64,000 bases of DNA, from the NCBI GenBank assembly GCA_047602425.1, contig JASGHG010000001.1, positions 2,112,001 through 2,176,000 of the forward strand. The letters are read 5' to 3'. This document shows, one piece after another, positions 38,355 through 48,770 of this stretch. This stretch comes from Nibricoccus sp. GTDB taxonomy: Bacteria > Verrucomicrobiota > Verrucomicrobiia > Opitutales > Opitutaceae. The notes beneath the pieces are model-generated. The model had not been told where the DNA came from. It did not search any database and saw only the letters and a program-made list of their open reading frames with translations. The position numbers and the translations under genes are program-made. Each line of letters opens with the position of its first letter. The first letter of the stretch is position 1.

Positions 38355-38935
38355 AAAAGACGGTCGCCATCCTCATCTTCGACGAAGTCGAAGTGCTCGA
38401 CTTCGCTGGACCTTTTGAAGTGTTCGGTGTGGCAAATGAATTGAGCAAGGGCACCGCTTTCAATCTCGTCACGGCCGCCACTTCGCGCGCCACGATCCGC
38501 ACCGTCAATGGTCTCAAAGTGCTTCCGGATCACACCCTCGAAGATTGCCCGGCGCCCGACGCGCTCATTGTGCCCGGCGGCGCCGGCACGCGCAAGCTGC
38601 TTAATCAGCCTACGCTTCTCGAGTGGTTGCGAATCAAGGCCCGTTCCGCCGAAATCGTCGCCAGTGTTTGCACCGGCGCCCTTCTGCTCGGCAAGATTGG
38701 ACTGCTCGATGGCATTCGCGTCACCACGCATCGCCAATGCCTCGACGAACTCCGCGCCATCGCGCCGGCTGCGATCGTCGATCCGTCTCACCGCTTTCAC
38801 GACAATGGCAAAATTTGCACTTCGGCCGGCATTTCCGCCGGCATCGATTTGAGTCTCCATCTTGTCGCGCGCCTGCTTGGCCCTGAAGCCGCCGCCCTAA
38901 CCGCCAGCTACATGGAATATGATCGCTGCACCTGA
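38351..38935 (+). CDS. DJ-1/PfpI family protein
   Basis: EVLDFAGPFEVF, VPGG, SVCTGA, TSAGISAGID. Confidence 0.92.
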   Translation: MKKTVAILIFDEVEVLDFAGPFEVFGVANELSKGTAFNLVTAATSRATIRTVNGLKVLPDHTLEDCPAPDALIVPGGAGTRKLLNQPTLLEWLRIKARSAEIVASVCTGALLLGKIGLLDGIRVTTHRQCLDELRAIAPAAIVDPSHRFHDNGKICTSAGISAGIDLSLHLVARLLGPEAAALTASYMEYDRCT

Positions 38936-39902
38936 TCATCGTCCAAGCCGGACCGCCTTCATTGTCGCCTTCGCCTCGATCTATATCATCTGGGGGAGCA
39001 CTTATCTTGGCATTCGCGTGGCGGTGGAAACCATTCCTCCGTTTTTCATGGGCGCGGGACGTTTTCTCCTGGCCGGTTTGGTTTTGCTCCTCGTTGTGCA
39101 ATGGCGGGGCGCAGCGCGGCCGACGGTCAAGCAGTGGCGCGACAACGCCATCATCGGCGCTTTTCTCCTGCTCGGCGGCAATGGTCTCGTATCGTGGGCC
39201 GAAAAGTCCCTGCATTCCGGGCTCACCGCGCTCATCATCGGGATTCAGCCGGTGTTCATGGTGCTGACCGAATGGGCCTGGCCCGGCGGGCACCGCCCCG
39301 GCCGCGCGACATTCCTCGGACTCGTGCTCGGTTTTGCTGGAGTTGCGTACCTTGTCTCGCCTTGGCAGGACACCGCCACAACCAACATCCATCTGCCTTC
39401 AGTCGCCCTTGTGCTGCTTGCGTGTGCATCGTGGGCCTTCGGTTCCATCTGGTCGCGGCACGTGAAAAATCCCGCGCCGGCTTTCCAAGCTTCCGCCCTG
39501 CAAATGATCGGTGGCAGCGCCTCGCTTTTTCTCGGCGGCATCCTTCATGGCGAGTTCGCCACTTTTAAGTTTTCCGCCATCAGCGGCGCATCCGTCGGCG
39601 CCTTTTTCTATCTCGCCTTCGTGGGTTCACTCGTGGGGTTTTCCACGTTCGTCTGGTTGATGAAAAACACCACACCCGCCCGCGTTTCCACTTATGCCTA
39701 TGTAAATCCGGTAGTCGCGGTGTTTCTCGGCTGGTTGATTCTGCGTGAAGAGATCACCCATCGGACGCTGTTGGCCACGGCGTTGATCGTAACAGGAGTC
39801 GTGATTATCAACACGCAAAAGGCACGCCAGCCAAAGCTTTCCGCCAAACCGGCCGGCCCGCTGACACCACAACCAGCCTCCAGCAGCAGTCGGGATCGTT
39901 GA
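38919..39902 (+). CDS. EamA/DMT family transporter (YedA-like)
   Basis: YIIWGSTYL, RFLLAG, YAYVNPVVAVFLG; about 10 TM segments. Confidence 0.9.
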   Translation: MIAAPDHRPSRTAFIVAFASIYIIWGSTYLGIRVAVETIPPFFMGAGRFLLAGLVLLLVVQWRGAARPTVKQWRDNAIIGAFLLLGGNGLVSWAEKSLHSGLTALIIGIQPVFMVLTEWAWPGGHRPGRATFLGLVLGFAGVAYLVSPWQDTATTNIHLPSVALVLLACASWAFGSIWSRHVKNPAPAFQASALQMIGGSASLFLGGILHGEFATFKFSAISGASVGAFFYLAFVGSLVGFSTFVWLMKNTTPARVSTYAYVNPVVAVFLGWLILREEITHRTLLATALIVTGVVIINTQKARQPKLSAKPAGPLTPQPASSSSRDR

Positions 39903-40044
39903 CGCCGGACCAGCCCGATGTAGACAAAAACCATCGGCGTCGTTTGCATCGGCGCAGCCCTCTCATTTGTTTTCGCCCTCACCGCAAGTCAGGCTGGCGG
40001 ACTTTCCGCCATGCCACGGTGAACACACATTTTCCATTCTGACA

Positions 40045-43000
40045 ATGTCTCCCTCCGCCCCTGTCCTTCGCCCGGTCCAAAAACTGATGGCCGCCAATCG
40101 CAGCGAGATCGCCGTGCGCATTTTCCGCGCAGGCACCGAACTGGATCTCCGTACCGTGGCGGTGTTCGCCCAGGAGGACCGCTTTTGCATTCACCGTTAC
40201 AAAGCCGACGAAGCCTACCAAATCGGCGCCGGCAAGGGCCCGGTGGCCGCGTATCTCGACATCGACGGTATCATCGGCCTCGCCAAGGAAAAGGGAATCG
40301 ACGCCATTCATCCGGGCTACGGATTCCTTTCGGAAAATCCAAATTTTGCCCGCGCTTGCGAAAAGGCTGGCATCATCTTCGTTGGCCCACGCTCTGAACT
40401 GCTCGAAATGATGGGCGACAAAACCGCCGCGCGCGCCGTCGCCCAAAAGATCGGCGTTCCCGTTCTTCCCGGCACCGATGAGCCGGTCACCGATCGTGCC
40501 GAAGCATTAAAAATCGCCAAAGAAATCGGTTTCCCGCTCATCATCAAGGCCGCCTTCGGCGGCGGCGGCCGCGGCATGCGCGTCGTACACAAGGCTTCGG
40601 ACCTCGCGTCGCTGCTCGACGAAGCCCAAGGCGAAGCCGAACGCTCCTTCGGCAATGCCGCGGTTTTCCTCGAAAAATACATTCCGCGCGCCAAGCACAT
40701 CGAAGTCCAGATCCTCGGCGACAAACACGGCAACGTCGTCCATCTCCACGAGCGCGATTGCTCCGTGCAACGCCGCCACCAGAAGGTCGTCGAGGTCGCG
40801 CCCAGCTACGGCCTGCCCGACAAGGTCGTCAGCGACCTTTGCGAAGCCGCCGCAAAAATTGCCCGCACCATCCGTTACGACAACGCCGGCACCATCGAAT
40901 TCCTCTACGATTTGGAGCGTCATGAGTGGTTCTTCATCGAGATGAATCCGCGCATCCAGGTCGAGCACACCGTCACCGAGGTGATTACTGGAATCGATCT
41001 CGTGCGCGCTCAGATTTTGATCGCCCAAGGCCACGCTTTGCATTCGCCCGAGGTTGGCTTGCCGCAACAGTCCGATATTCCGCGCAACGGTTTCGCGATC
41101 CAATGCCGCATCACCACCGAGGACCCGGAAAATAAATTCATTCCCGACTACGGCCGCATCCTCGCCTATCGGTCACCCGGCGGCCTCGGTATCCGACTCG
41201 ACGGCGGCATGGGTTTTGCCGGCGCTGTCATCACGCCGTTCTACGATTCGCTCTTGGTTAAACTCATTTCGAGCGGCCAGAGCTACCAACTCGCGATGCA
41301 ACGCACGCGACGCGCACTGTCGGAATTCCGCATCCGCGGCGTGAAGACAAATATTCCGTTTCTCGACAACGTCATCGCGCACCCAACCTTCAGCTCGGGC
41401 CAAGCCATCACAACGCTGATCGACACCACGCCGGAACTCTTCGCTTTCAAGCCGCGCCGCGACCGGGCAACCAAGATCCTCAACTTCATCGGTGACGTCA
41501 CCATCAACGGCAATCCGCACCTCAAAGGTTATCGTCCGAGCAAGCCGTTGCCTGAAGTCGTGCCGCCCGCCTACAATCGCAACGTCGCCCCGCCCGACGG
41601 CACGCGCCAGCTGTTGTTGAAACTCGGTGCAAAAAAATTCGCGGAATGGACGTCCGCACAAAAGCGCCTGCTCGTGACGGACACCACGTTCCGCGACGCC
41701 CACCAATCGCTCATGGCGACGCGCGTCCGCACTTACGACATGCTCGCCTGCGCCGGCCATCTCGCGCACGAGGTTCCCGGCCTCTACTCCCTCGAGCTCT
41801 GGGGCGGCGCCACGTTCGACACTGCAATGCGCTTCCTCAGCGAAGATCCGTGGGATCGTCTCCGTCAACTGCGCGCGCGCGTTCCGAACATCTGCTTCCA
41901 AATGCTATTCCGCGGCGCCAACGCCGTCGGCTACACGAACTACCCGCCATCGGTAGTCGCCGGTTTCGTCAAGCACGCCGCTGCCAGCGGCATGGATATT
42001 TTCCGCATTTTCGACTCATTGAATTACCTGCCCAATCTTCGCGTCGCCATGGACGCCGTGCAGGAGACCCACGCCGTTTGCGAGGCCGCCCTTTGCTACA
42101 CGGGCGACATCCTCGATGAAAGCCGAGACAAGTACTCCCTCCAATATTACATTCGTCTCGCCAAGGAGCTCGAAAAAATGGGCGCCCACGTGCTCGCAAT
42201 CAAGGATATGGCCGGACTCTGCCGCCCCTACGCCGCGCAGAAACTCGTGAAGGCGCTCAAGGAGGAAGTCGGCCTGCCAATCCATTTCCACACGCACGAT
42301 ACGTCCGGAATCGCCGCCGCCTCTGTGCTGCGCGCCACCGACGCCGGAGTCGACGTCGTCGATCTTGCGCTCGCCTCGATGAGCGGCAGCACTTCGCAGC
42401 CCAATCTGAATTCCATCGTGGCCGCGCTTCAGCATACGCCCCGCGACACCAAGCTCCCGCTCGCAACGCTCAACGGTCTTTCTGACTACTGGGAATTGGT
42501 TCGGGAATACTACAAACCCTTCGACACCGCCCCCCGCACCGGTTCCGCCGAAGTCTATCTGCACGAAATGCCCGGCGGCCAGTACACCAACCTTCGCGAG
42601 CAAGCCGCTTCAATGGGCGTCTCGCACCGCTGGCCGGAAATCGCCCGCACCTATGCCGAAGTCAACCAGCTCTTCGGCGACATCGTGAAGGTCACGCCGT
42701 CGTCCAAGGTCGTTGGCGATTTGGCTTTGTTCCTGTTTTCACGCGGCATCAAGCCAGCCGATGTGGTCAACCTCGAACCCGGCTCCATTCCGTTTCCCGA
42801 AAGCGTGCTCGACATGCTCAGCGGCGGATTGGGCTGGCCTGAGGGCGGCTGGCCCGACGCCGTCTCCCGCGTCGTGCTCGGTGAAAAGCGCCACGCCGAG
42901 GCGAAGGAAAAATACAAGGCCTCGCTCAAAAAGTCCGCGCGCACCGCCAACGTTTCAGACGATAACACTCTTGCGAAAGCCCGTGCTGAACTGGCCGCAA

Positions 43001-43557
43001 AGCTCCATCACGAGCCTTCCGACGACGAGTTGTTCTCGCATTTGATGTATCCGCAGGTCTTCGCCGAATTCGCAAAACAGCGCCGCGAATCGGGCGACGT
43101 CAGCGTGCTGCCTACGCCTGCGTTTTTCCACGGTCTCAAGCCCGGCGAGGAAATTTCCGTCGAGATCGAGGAAGGCAAACTGCTCATTATCCGCCTCGTC
43201 AATATCGGTGCGCCCGACAAGGACGGACGCTGCGCAGTCAGCTACGAGCTCAACGGCATGGCGCGCCAAGCCTTCGTCGTCGACCGCAGTGTCGCTCCCA
43301 AAACTAAAGCCCGTCCCAAAGCAGACCTCGCCGACCCGCTGCAAGTCGCCGCGCCGATTCCCGGCCTCATCGCCTTGCTGCCGGTTTCCGTTGGTTCTAA
43401 AGTCGCGAAGGGCGACAAGCTCTTCATGATGGAGGCGATGAAAATGCAGACCACGGTTTACGCGCCAGTCGATGGCGTTGTCGTCGAGCTCAACGTCGCG
43501 CTGGGCGACACAGTGGAAAGCAAAGACCTGTTGGTCCGCCTCAAACCTGCGGGCTGA
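40045..43557 (+). CDS. pyc: Pyruvate carboxylase
   Basis: ANRSEIA, HPGYGFLSEN, ERDCSVQRRHQK, DTTFRDAHQSL, IKDMAG, HFHTHDT, biotinyl EAMKM. Confidence 0.97.
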   Translation: MSPSAPVLRPVQKLMAANRSEIAVRIFRAGTELDLRTVAVFAQEDRFCIHRYKADEAYQIGAGKGPVAAYLDIDGIIGLAKEKGIDAIHPGYGFLSENPNFARACEKAGIIFVGPRSELLEMMGDKTAARAVAQKIGVPVLPGTDEPVTDRAEALKIAKEIGFPLIIKAAFGGGGRGMRVVHKASDLASLLDEAQGEAERSFGNAAVFLEKYIPRAKHIEVQILGDKHGNVVHLHERDCSVQRRHQKVVEVAPSYGLPDKVVSDLCEAAAKIARTIRYDNAGTIEFLYDLERHEWFFIEMNPRIQVEHTVTEVITGIDLVRAQILIAQGHALHSPEVGLPQQSDIPRNGFAIQCRITTEDPENKFIPDYGRILAYRSPGGLGIRLDGGMGFAGAVITPFYDSLLVKLISSGQSYQLAMQRTRRALSEFRIRGVKTNIPFLDNVIAHPTFSSGQAITTLIDTTPELFAFKPRRDRATKILNFIGDVTINGNPHLKGYRPSKPLPEVVPPAYNRNVAPPDGTRQLLLKLGAKKFAEWTSAQKRLLVTDTTFRDAHQSLMATRVRTYDMLACAGHLAHEVPGLYSLELWGGATFDTAMRFLSEDPWDRLRQLRARVPNICFQMLFRGANAVGYTNYPPSVVAGFVKHAAASGMDIFRIFDSLNYLPNLRVAMDAVQETHAVCEAALCYTGDILDESRDKYSLQYYIRLAKELEKMGAHVLAIKDMAGLCRPYAAQKLVKALKEEVGLPIHFHTHDTSGIAAASVLRATDAGVDVVDLALASMSGSTSQPNLNSIVAALQHTPRDTKLPLATLNGLSDYWELVREYYKPFDTAPRTGSAEVYLHEMPGGQYTNLREQAASMGVSHRWPEIARTYAEVNQLFGDIVKVTPSSKVVGDLALFLFSRGIKPADVVNLEPGSIPFPESVLDMLSGGLGWPEGGWPDAVSRVVLGEKRHAEAKEKYKASLKKSARTANVSDDNTLAKARAELAAKLHHEPSDDELFSHLMYPQVFAEFAKQRRESGDVSVLPTPAFFHGLKPGEEISVEIEEGKLLIIRLVNIGAPDKDGRCAVSYELNGMARQAFVVDRSVAPKTKARPKADLADPLQVAAPIPGLIALLPVSVGSKVAKGDKLFMMEAMKMQTTVYAPVDGVVVELNVALGDTVESKDLLVRLKPAG

Positions 43558-43699
43558 GTTTTATTCGCAGAAGATCCTTTTTTGCCGAGCTCGCTTCGGT
43601 TTGGTTGCAGGACGCTTTATGCCGCGAAGATTTCGAAATCGCGGCAAAAAGCCGTGCCCACAGTTTTGACAACAACCTCAGGACCCATCCAAGGCGTCT

Positions 43700-46600
43700 C
43701 TATTCGGTCACGATTTCAAATTCTGCGAGCGCGGCCGAAGGATATTCCTTGTCGACACCCGTAAGGGCGACAAAGCGAATGAGCTTCATTTCCAGTGGCG
43801 TGGGGAACAGCAAGGTCTTCACTTCCATGCCCGGGTCGAGCGTGCCCTTGAGCACGGGTTCGCCCCAGTCGAGGCCATCGCGACTGACGTAGACCGCGTA
43901 GTCCTTGATGCCGCCCTCGACGTTGCCGTCCTGTCGCGGAAGGATTTTGCAGCCCTTGGCTACGAGTAGTGTGGGGAATTCGATCACAAACTCGTGCGGG
44001 AATTTCGGCGCCCCGTCGTTCCACGGAGTTTGCCAGGCGCTGTCAGGCTTGCCATCGATCAAGTTCGCAGCCGGCCGCGAAGCGTTTTCGCTGTCCACGC
44101 GTGCAACTTTCGCGCCGAGTTTCTGCATGATGCCGACGATCGCGGGTGCAAATATTTTGTCGATAATCGCTATCTCCAGTTTCTGCTTTGGCGCAAACGC
44201 TGGCGAACCCACATAAGCGTAAAGACTGCGCAGGAACTGGGCTGCCGCCGGGCGTTTTTCGAGTTCTTCCGTCAGGTTGATCGAACAAACCAGCAAGCGG
44301 CCTGCGCCAACCTGCGCCTCCCAGACGTTTGCGAGGCGGTCATTGCGACTGAAATTGTCGATCACGCGGACCAAAGGCTGAAAATCGGCCGGTGCGTCGT
44401 TGAGCACGAATGTGCCCGAACGATTCATCAAATCCCACCACTGCCAGTTGGCATAAAACTCCGTCGGGAATTGCGCGAAGAGAGGATGTTTCGGCTCGCA
44501 CAAAATACTCATGGTCCCCGGATCGGACTTGAACCACACCGGGCTCCAGAAGACCGGCTTGAACGAACCCTTCTTCCAACCGGCGAAAGTGCCCTGCGGG
44601 AAAAGCAAAACTTTTTCTCCGCGGGAGAGCGCCGCCGCCGTCGCTTCATTCCACTGCGTCGCAATAGTCACACCCGCGGGAACGGGCAGAGTATCCGTTT
44701 TTGGATACACCCAAATTTCCCAGGAGTTGCGGTGCTTGGTGCCAACGAGCTCCACCGTGACGGTTAGTTTGCCAGGAGCAGCGGCCTTTGCGAACGAGGC
44801 GTCGAAGGAACCGAACGAAGTCAACCCGCCAGTCGAAATCGTTTTCGCGGGCAACGTACCCGAGGCGATCTCGCGTTTGTTCTCATCCGCAATGCTCCAG
44901 CGTGCGACAATGCCGTTGAGCGCAGTGGCGCCGAAATGCGAAACATCCAGTTCGGCGGTGAATTTCTCGTTCACGAAGTATGTGCGCTTTTTCATGCGCA
45001 GGAGCGGCACCGTGACATCACAGAACTCGCGGAATTTTTCCTCGGCGATCAGTCCCTTGCTGTCCCAGAATGGATCGAGAATGCCAACGAGGGCCGTGCC
45101 CTGCCCCGGATAATCCTGCAAGTCCAACAACTGGAAACCGGCAAGCCCAGGCGTGCGCAAATCCTGCTCGATTTCCTCCTTGTACAAGAGCAGCGACTGC
45201 TGTCCGGTGGCCGCGAAAAATTGCGGCGCGAGTGCGAGCATGCCTTTCGCAGCAAGCGCATCCCGAACGAGGTCGAAATTCGCCGGGCGGACGACACCTG
45301 TGTATTTTTTCGCTTCGTCGAAATTCGGAAAGACAGAGTACTGTCCCACCTCGTGCGCAATGACCGGATGCGGGTCTTCGGCGACCACGCGGCGAAAATC
45401 GGCCTCGGTGCCATCGCTGCGAACTCCGCGCGCCTTGCTGAGCACGGTGAACTGCCGGTTGTCGGTCAAAATGCCGAAGCCGTAGGTGGACATCGAATAT
45501 TTGCGACGCGGGTCGGAGGCCACGCACTCGTCGACCATCAGCTCAAGCGGTTTCTTGCGGCCACGCAGCTCGTTGCCAGGCGTGAGCAACACGAAGGAAG
45601 GATGATTGCCATAAATGCGGAGAATGCGGCGCAACTCCTCCGCAATAAATGCGTCGCGCTCCGGTATCGGGCCGGTGGGAACGTTGGCGATGGGTCCCTC
45701 GGGTTGAAGGAAAATACCTAACTCATCGGCTGCGACAAATGCCGCCTCAGGCGGGCACCAGGAGTGATAACGCACGTGGTTTAGACCATAGGCTTTGTGA
45801 ACGTTGAAGATGCGCTTCCAGCCGGCGACATCCATCGCCGGGGCACCGGTGAGCGGAAAGATCGCGTTCTCAACGTTGCCGCGCAGAAAAAGCGGCCTCC
45901 CGTTGAGCGTAAACTGCGAACCGTTGATCGCAAAATCGCGCAGGCCGAAGGGGAAAACGCGAGAGTCGTTGCACGCAACGGCGCCCGTTGTCGCGACGCT
46001 CGCATAAAGGTCGTGCATCACCGGCGAAAACTCATCCCACAACCGCGCACCATCGCCAAGAGCAATTTCCGCGGAGAGTTCGAGCGATTGCTCGGGGCAA
46101 TCCACGTCGAGCGATACGCGTGCAATTTCCTTATCGAGTCCGCGATCCTTCACCGCGAGCGCCAGTCGGCCCTTGGCCGCAGCGCCGGAGGTGTTGGAGA
46201 GCCGAGCGCGGACTTTGATTTTCCGCTCCGAGGCATTGGGATAAATTTGCAGGTCGTCGATGGAGACGAGGTCGATGGCGCTAAGTTCGATACGTCCTAT
46301 AATGCCAGCCCAGTTGGTCTGCGTGCCGTCGTAGTTGATGTGGACGAAGCGACCGAGATCGTACTTGAGCGTGTTATCAGCACGGATGGTCAGCCGGTGC
46401 TTGCCGGGAGCGAGCGTTTGGCCGAGTTCGTACTCGTGCGGCGTCACAAGGCTGTCGCGAGAACCCAAGTCATTTCCGTCGAGCCAGACCTGCGTGGTCC
46501 AGTGATTGCGTTCGAGCAGGAGTTTGACGCGCTTGCCGCTCCAGGAGGGGGGAATTTCGATGGTGCGTTCAAACCAAGCTGGACCCGTGTAGGTGATCGG

Positions 46601-46915
46601 TCGATACAAGCCGGCCAGTGATGGCGCGACCGTGTTTGGAATGCCGATACCGGCTTGATCGGTCGTGCCCGGTAAAGTGATGACGGGCTTGTGGCCGCTG
46701 GCTTGGATTGGCAAACCAGCGGTCGGCCAGCCGGCGGAGACGCCCTCGTTTTTTGCGTCGAGGCGGATCTGCCATTCCCCCGCAAGCGAACTGCTTCGAA
46801 CCTGGAAGTCGGACGCCATCAAGGGGCCGAATACGAAAAATAGAGACAGCAAGGCTATACAAAAGGACGCACGGGGAGGCATGGCAGCCCAGTTCAACTC
46901 AACCGTGCGCGACAA
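43700..46915 (-). CDS. Glycoside hydrolase family 2-like protein with C-terminal F5/8 type C (discoidin/CBM32) domain
   Basis: YTGPAWFER, FTLNGRPLFLRG, GLNHVRYHSWCPPE, GNEL, HEVGQ; C-terminal NLIDG...SAWQT. The start may be 46882. Confidence 0.85.
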   Translation of the reverse strand: MSRTVELNWAAMPPRASFCIALLSLFFVFGPLMASDFQVRSSSLAGEWQIRLDAKNEGVSAGWPTAGLPIQASGHKPVITLPGTTDQAGIGIPNTVAPSLAGLYRPITYTGPAWFERTIEIPPSWSGKRVKLLLERNHWTTQVWLDGNDLGSRDSLVTPHEYELGQTLAPGKHRLTIRADNTLKYDLGRFVHINYDGTQTNWAGIIGRIELSAIDLVSIDDLQIYPNASERKIKVRARLSNTSGAAAKGRLALAVKDRGLDKEIARVSLDVDCPEQSLELSAEIALGDGARLWDEFSPVMHDLYASVATTGAVACNDSRVFPFGLRDFAINGSQFTLNGRPLFLRGNVENAIFPLTGAPAMDVAGWKRIFNVHKAYGLNHVRYHSWCPPEAAFVAADELGIFLQPEGPIANVPTGPIPERDAFIAEELRRILRIYGNHPSFVLLTPGNELRGRKKPLELMVDECVASDPRRKYSMSTYGFGILTDNRQFTVLSKARGVRSDGTEADFRRVVAEDPHPVIAHEVGQYSVFPNFDEAKKYTGVVRPANFDLVRDALAAKGMLALAPQFFAATGQQSLLLYKEEIEQDLRTPGLAGFQLLDLQDYPGQGTALVGILDPFWDSKGLIAEEKFREFCDVTVPLLRMKKRTYFVNEKFTAELDVSHFGATALNGIVARWSIADENKREIASGTLPAKTISTGGLTSFGSFDASFAKAAAPGKLTVTVELVGTKHRNSWEIWVYPKTDTLPVPAGVTIATQWNEATAAALSRGEKVLLFPQGTFAGWKKGSFKPVFWSPVWFKSDPGTMSILCEPKHPLFAQFPTEFYANWQWWDLMNRSGTFVLNDAPADFQPLVRVIDNFSRNDRLANVWEAQVGAGRLLVCSINLTEELEKRPAAAQFLRSLYAYVGSPAFAPKQKLEIAIIDKIFAPAIVGIMQKLGAKVARVDSENASRPAANLIDGKPDSAWQTPWNDGAPKFPHEFVIEFPTLLVAKGCKILPRQDGNVEGGIKDYAVYVSRDGLDWGEPVLKGTLDPGMEVKTLLFPTPLEMKLIRFVALTGVDKEYPSAALAEFEIVTE

Positions 46916-47143
46916 GCGAGCAGACCCGCTGGGGATCTTCTAGGGATAGAATCTTACAGTCAGAAGGCATTGCCTAACGGATCGGCTTTATCTCTTCGTT
47001 TCGGCGCCGCGACATTCCCCCATCAATAGTGCCGATGGCGCCCTTCTCCCACGGCTGCGGGCCCAACCAGCCATCCTGTTTTTTGCCCGTTTGTGGAGTT
47101 CGGGCTGTATCGGCAATGGTTTATCGCCTGAATCGTTTGCTGC

Positions 47144-48106
47144 ATGAGAACGTTTCTCCTTCGCCTGGTCATTCTCGGGATCTTGCTGCTTCAAGCCGCC
47201 GGGTTGCAGGCTGAGCCGGCCGCGGCGTCGGCAATGACCGGGCTGACGTTTTCAAACGAAGTCATCCTATCCAGCGACACCGAGCTCAAAGCCGGCGATT
47301 CCAAATACCAGCACGTCTCTTTCGTTCATTCCAATTGGAGCGTCGCCAAAACCATCTCTGTGGGACAAACGGGAAATCTCGTTCTCGGTCTCAACTACAA
47401 CCTATCGACGCGGCGCGTGACCGAACCGTCGGATTGGGAAGATGACGATTTTTGGGAGGAATACAAAAAAACCCACCCGGATTGGAAACGAGTGCCAATT
47501 CCGAAACTCCTGCAATCACTCACCGCCTCGGTCGAATATACCCGCCAAGTAAGCGACGATTGGTCGCTGACCACAAACGTCTCCGGCGGCAGCCATGTGG
47601 CCGGAAAAAAACTGGGGGCAAATGGTTGGGGCGTTTCAGCCAGCGTCATGGGACTCTATAAATGGAATAGCGATGTTACGGTCGCGGTGGGCGCGGCCTA
47701 CGATTCGCTTTCACACGATTACCGCTTTGTGCCACTGGTCGGCGTCGACTGGCAGATTAACGAAAAATGGTCCGCCGCGATTGGCTTTCCGGCCACGGCC
47801 GTCACCTATGCCATGACCAAAAGATTTGCCATGGCGATCGAGGTCTCAGGTTCCGGGGGAACCTTTCATGTGCAGGAAGAGCCGGACGCCGGCATCGCCG
47901 GTCGTCCGCTCGCTGGCTCGAAGTTGGAAACAACCGAAGTGCGCCTCGGCTACAAGGTCGGCTGGAAAATCAATGACCGATTTTCCATTAGCGCAACCAC
48001 CGGCCACGTGCTGTATCGCGAATTCAAATACGTCGACCGCGACTATCGACTCAAGTCGCACGACGTAGCCGCCTTTGGCGCCATTTCCGGCAGCATCTCC
48101 TTCTGA
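47144..48106 (+). CDS. Predicted outer-membrane beta-barrel protein (DUF6268-like)
   Basis: Signal peptide, PLVGVDWQINEKW..IGFP, C-terminal Phe. Confidence 0.7.
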   Translation: MRTFLLRLVILGILLLQAAGLQAEPAAASAMTGLTFSNEVILSSDTELKAGDSKYQHVSFVHSNWSVAKTISVGQTGNLVLGLNYNLSTRRVTEPSDWEDDDFWEEYKKTHPDWKRVPIPKLLQSLTASVEYTRQVSDDWSLTTNVSGGSHVAGKKLGANGWGVSASVMGLYKWNSDVTVAVGAAYDSLSHDYRFVPLVGVDWQINEKWSAAIGFPATAVTYAMTKRFAMAIEVSGSGGTFHVQEEPDAGIAGRPLAGSKLETTEVRLGYKVGWKINDRFSISATTGHVLYREFKYVDRDYRLKSHDVAAFGAISGSISF

Positions 48107-48108
48107 CG

Positions 48109-48759
48109 ATGGACGCGCTGCCGCAACTTTCCACAACTCGCGCCCAAACACAACGTCTGGCGCGAAGCGTTTTTCGAATGGTGACTCTGTCGTGGACCTG
48201 TGCGTCATTGCGACTTTTTGCAACAGAGCCCGCTCCCTTGCAGGAGACGCTTGGTAAAACCCAGGCCGTTGCGCACGTCCGCGTGATTAAACTATCCGAG
48301 GAATTGCAGGAAAATGCCGTTCAGCACGTCGCCACGCTTGCGCTGTGCGGGCGGTCCGCGGGGCTCGGCGAACTCAAGGAACTCGCCACGCATTTTTTCC
48401 CTCCGTCCGTGCCTCAACCGGATAAGAATACCAAGGAAGTCATTCCCGGTGAGCCCATCTTCGTCATCGGCAGTCGCTGTATCGTGCTCCTCATCTGGAA
48501 AAACAATCGGTGGGAAACCCTCCGCCGGCTAAAGGTAACGGAAGAGGGCATGTTCGATGAAGAAGGGATTGGCCAGGACATCGGTTTGAAACCAGGAATC
48601 AGCGCGGACAACGTCGTGCAACTTATCAGCGCAAAAATCAAAAACCAGGGTCAGCCTTCGAAAGACCGGCCTAAACCACCACCTACCGCTAGAAATCAAC
48701 CTTGGAACCTCATGCGAGCGTCGCCCTTGCGCCGCGTTTGGCCGTTTTTTCCACGATAA
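48109..48759 (+). CDS. Hypothetical protein
   Basis: 216-aa ORF tightly packed between the barrel gene and the kinase; no recognised motif. Confidence 0.5.
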   Translation: MDALPQLSTTRAQTQRLARSVFRMVTLSWTCASLRLFATEPAPLQETLGKTQAVAHVRVIKLSEELQENAVQHVATLALCGRSAGLGELKELATHFFPPSVPQPDKNTKEVIPGEPIFVIGSRCIVLLIWKNNRWETLRRLKVTEEGMFDEEGIGQDIGLKPGISADNVVQLISAKIKNQGQPSKDRPKPPPTARNQPWNLMRASPLRRVWPFFPR

Positions 48760-48770
48760 TTCGCAGCCCC

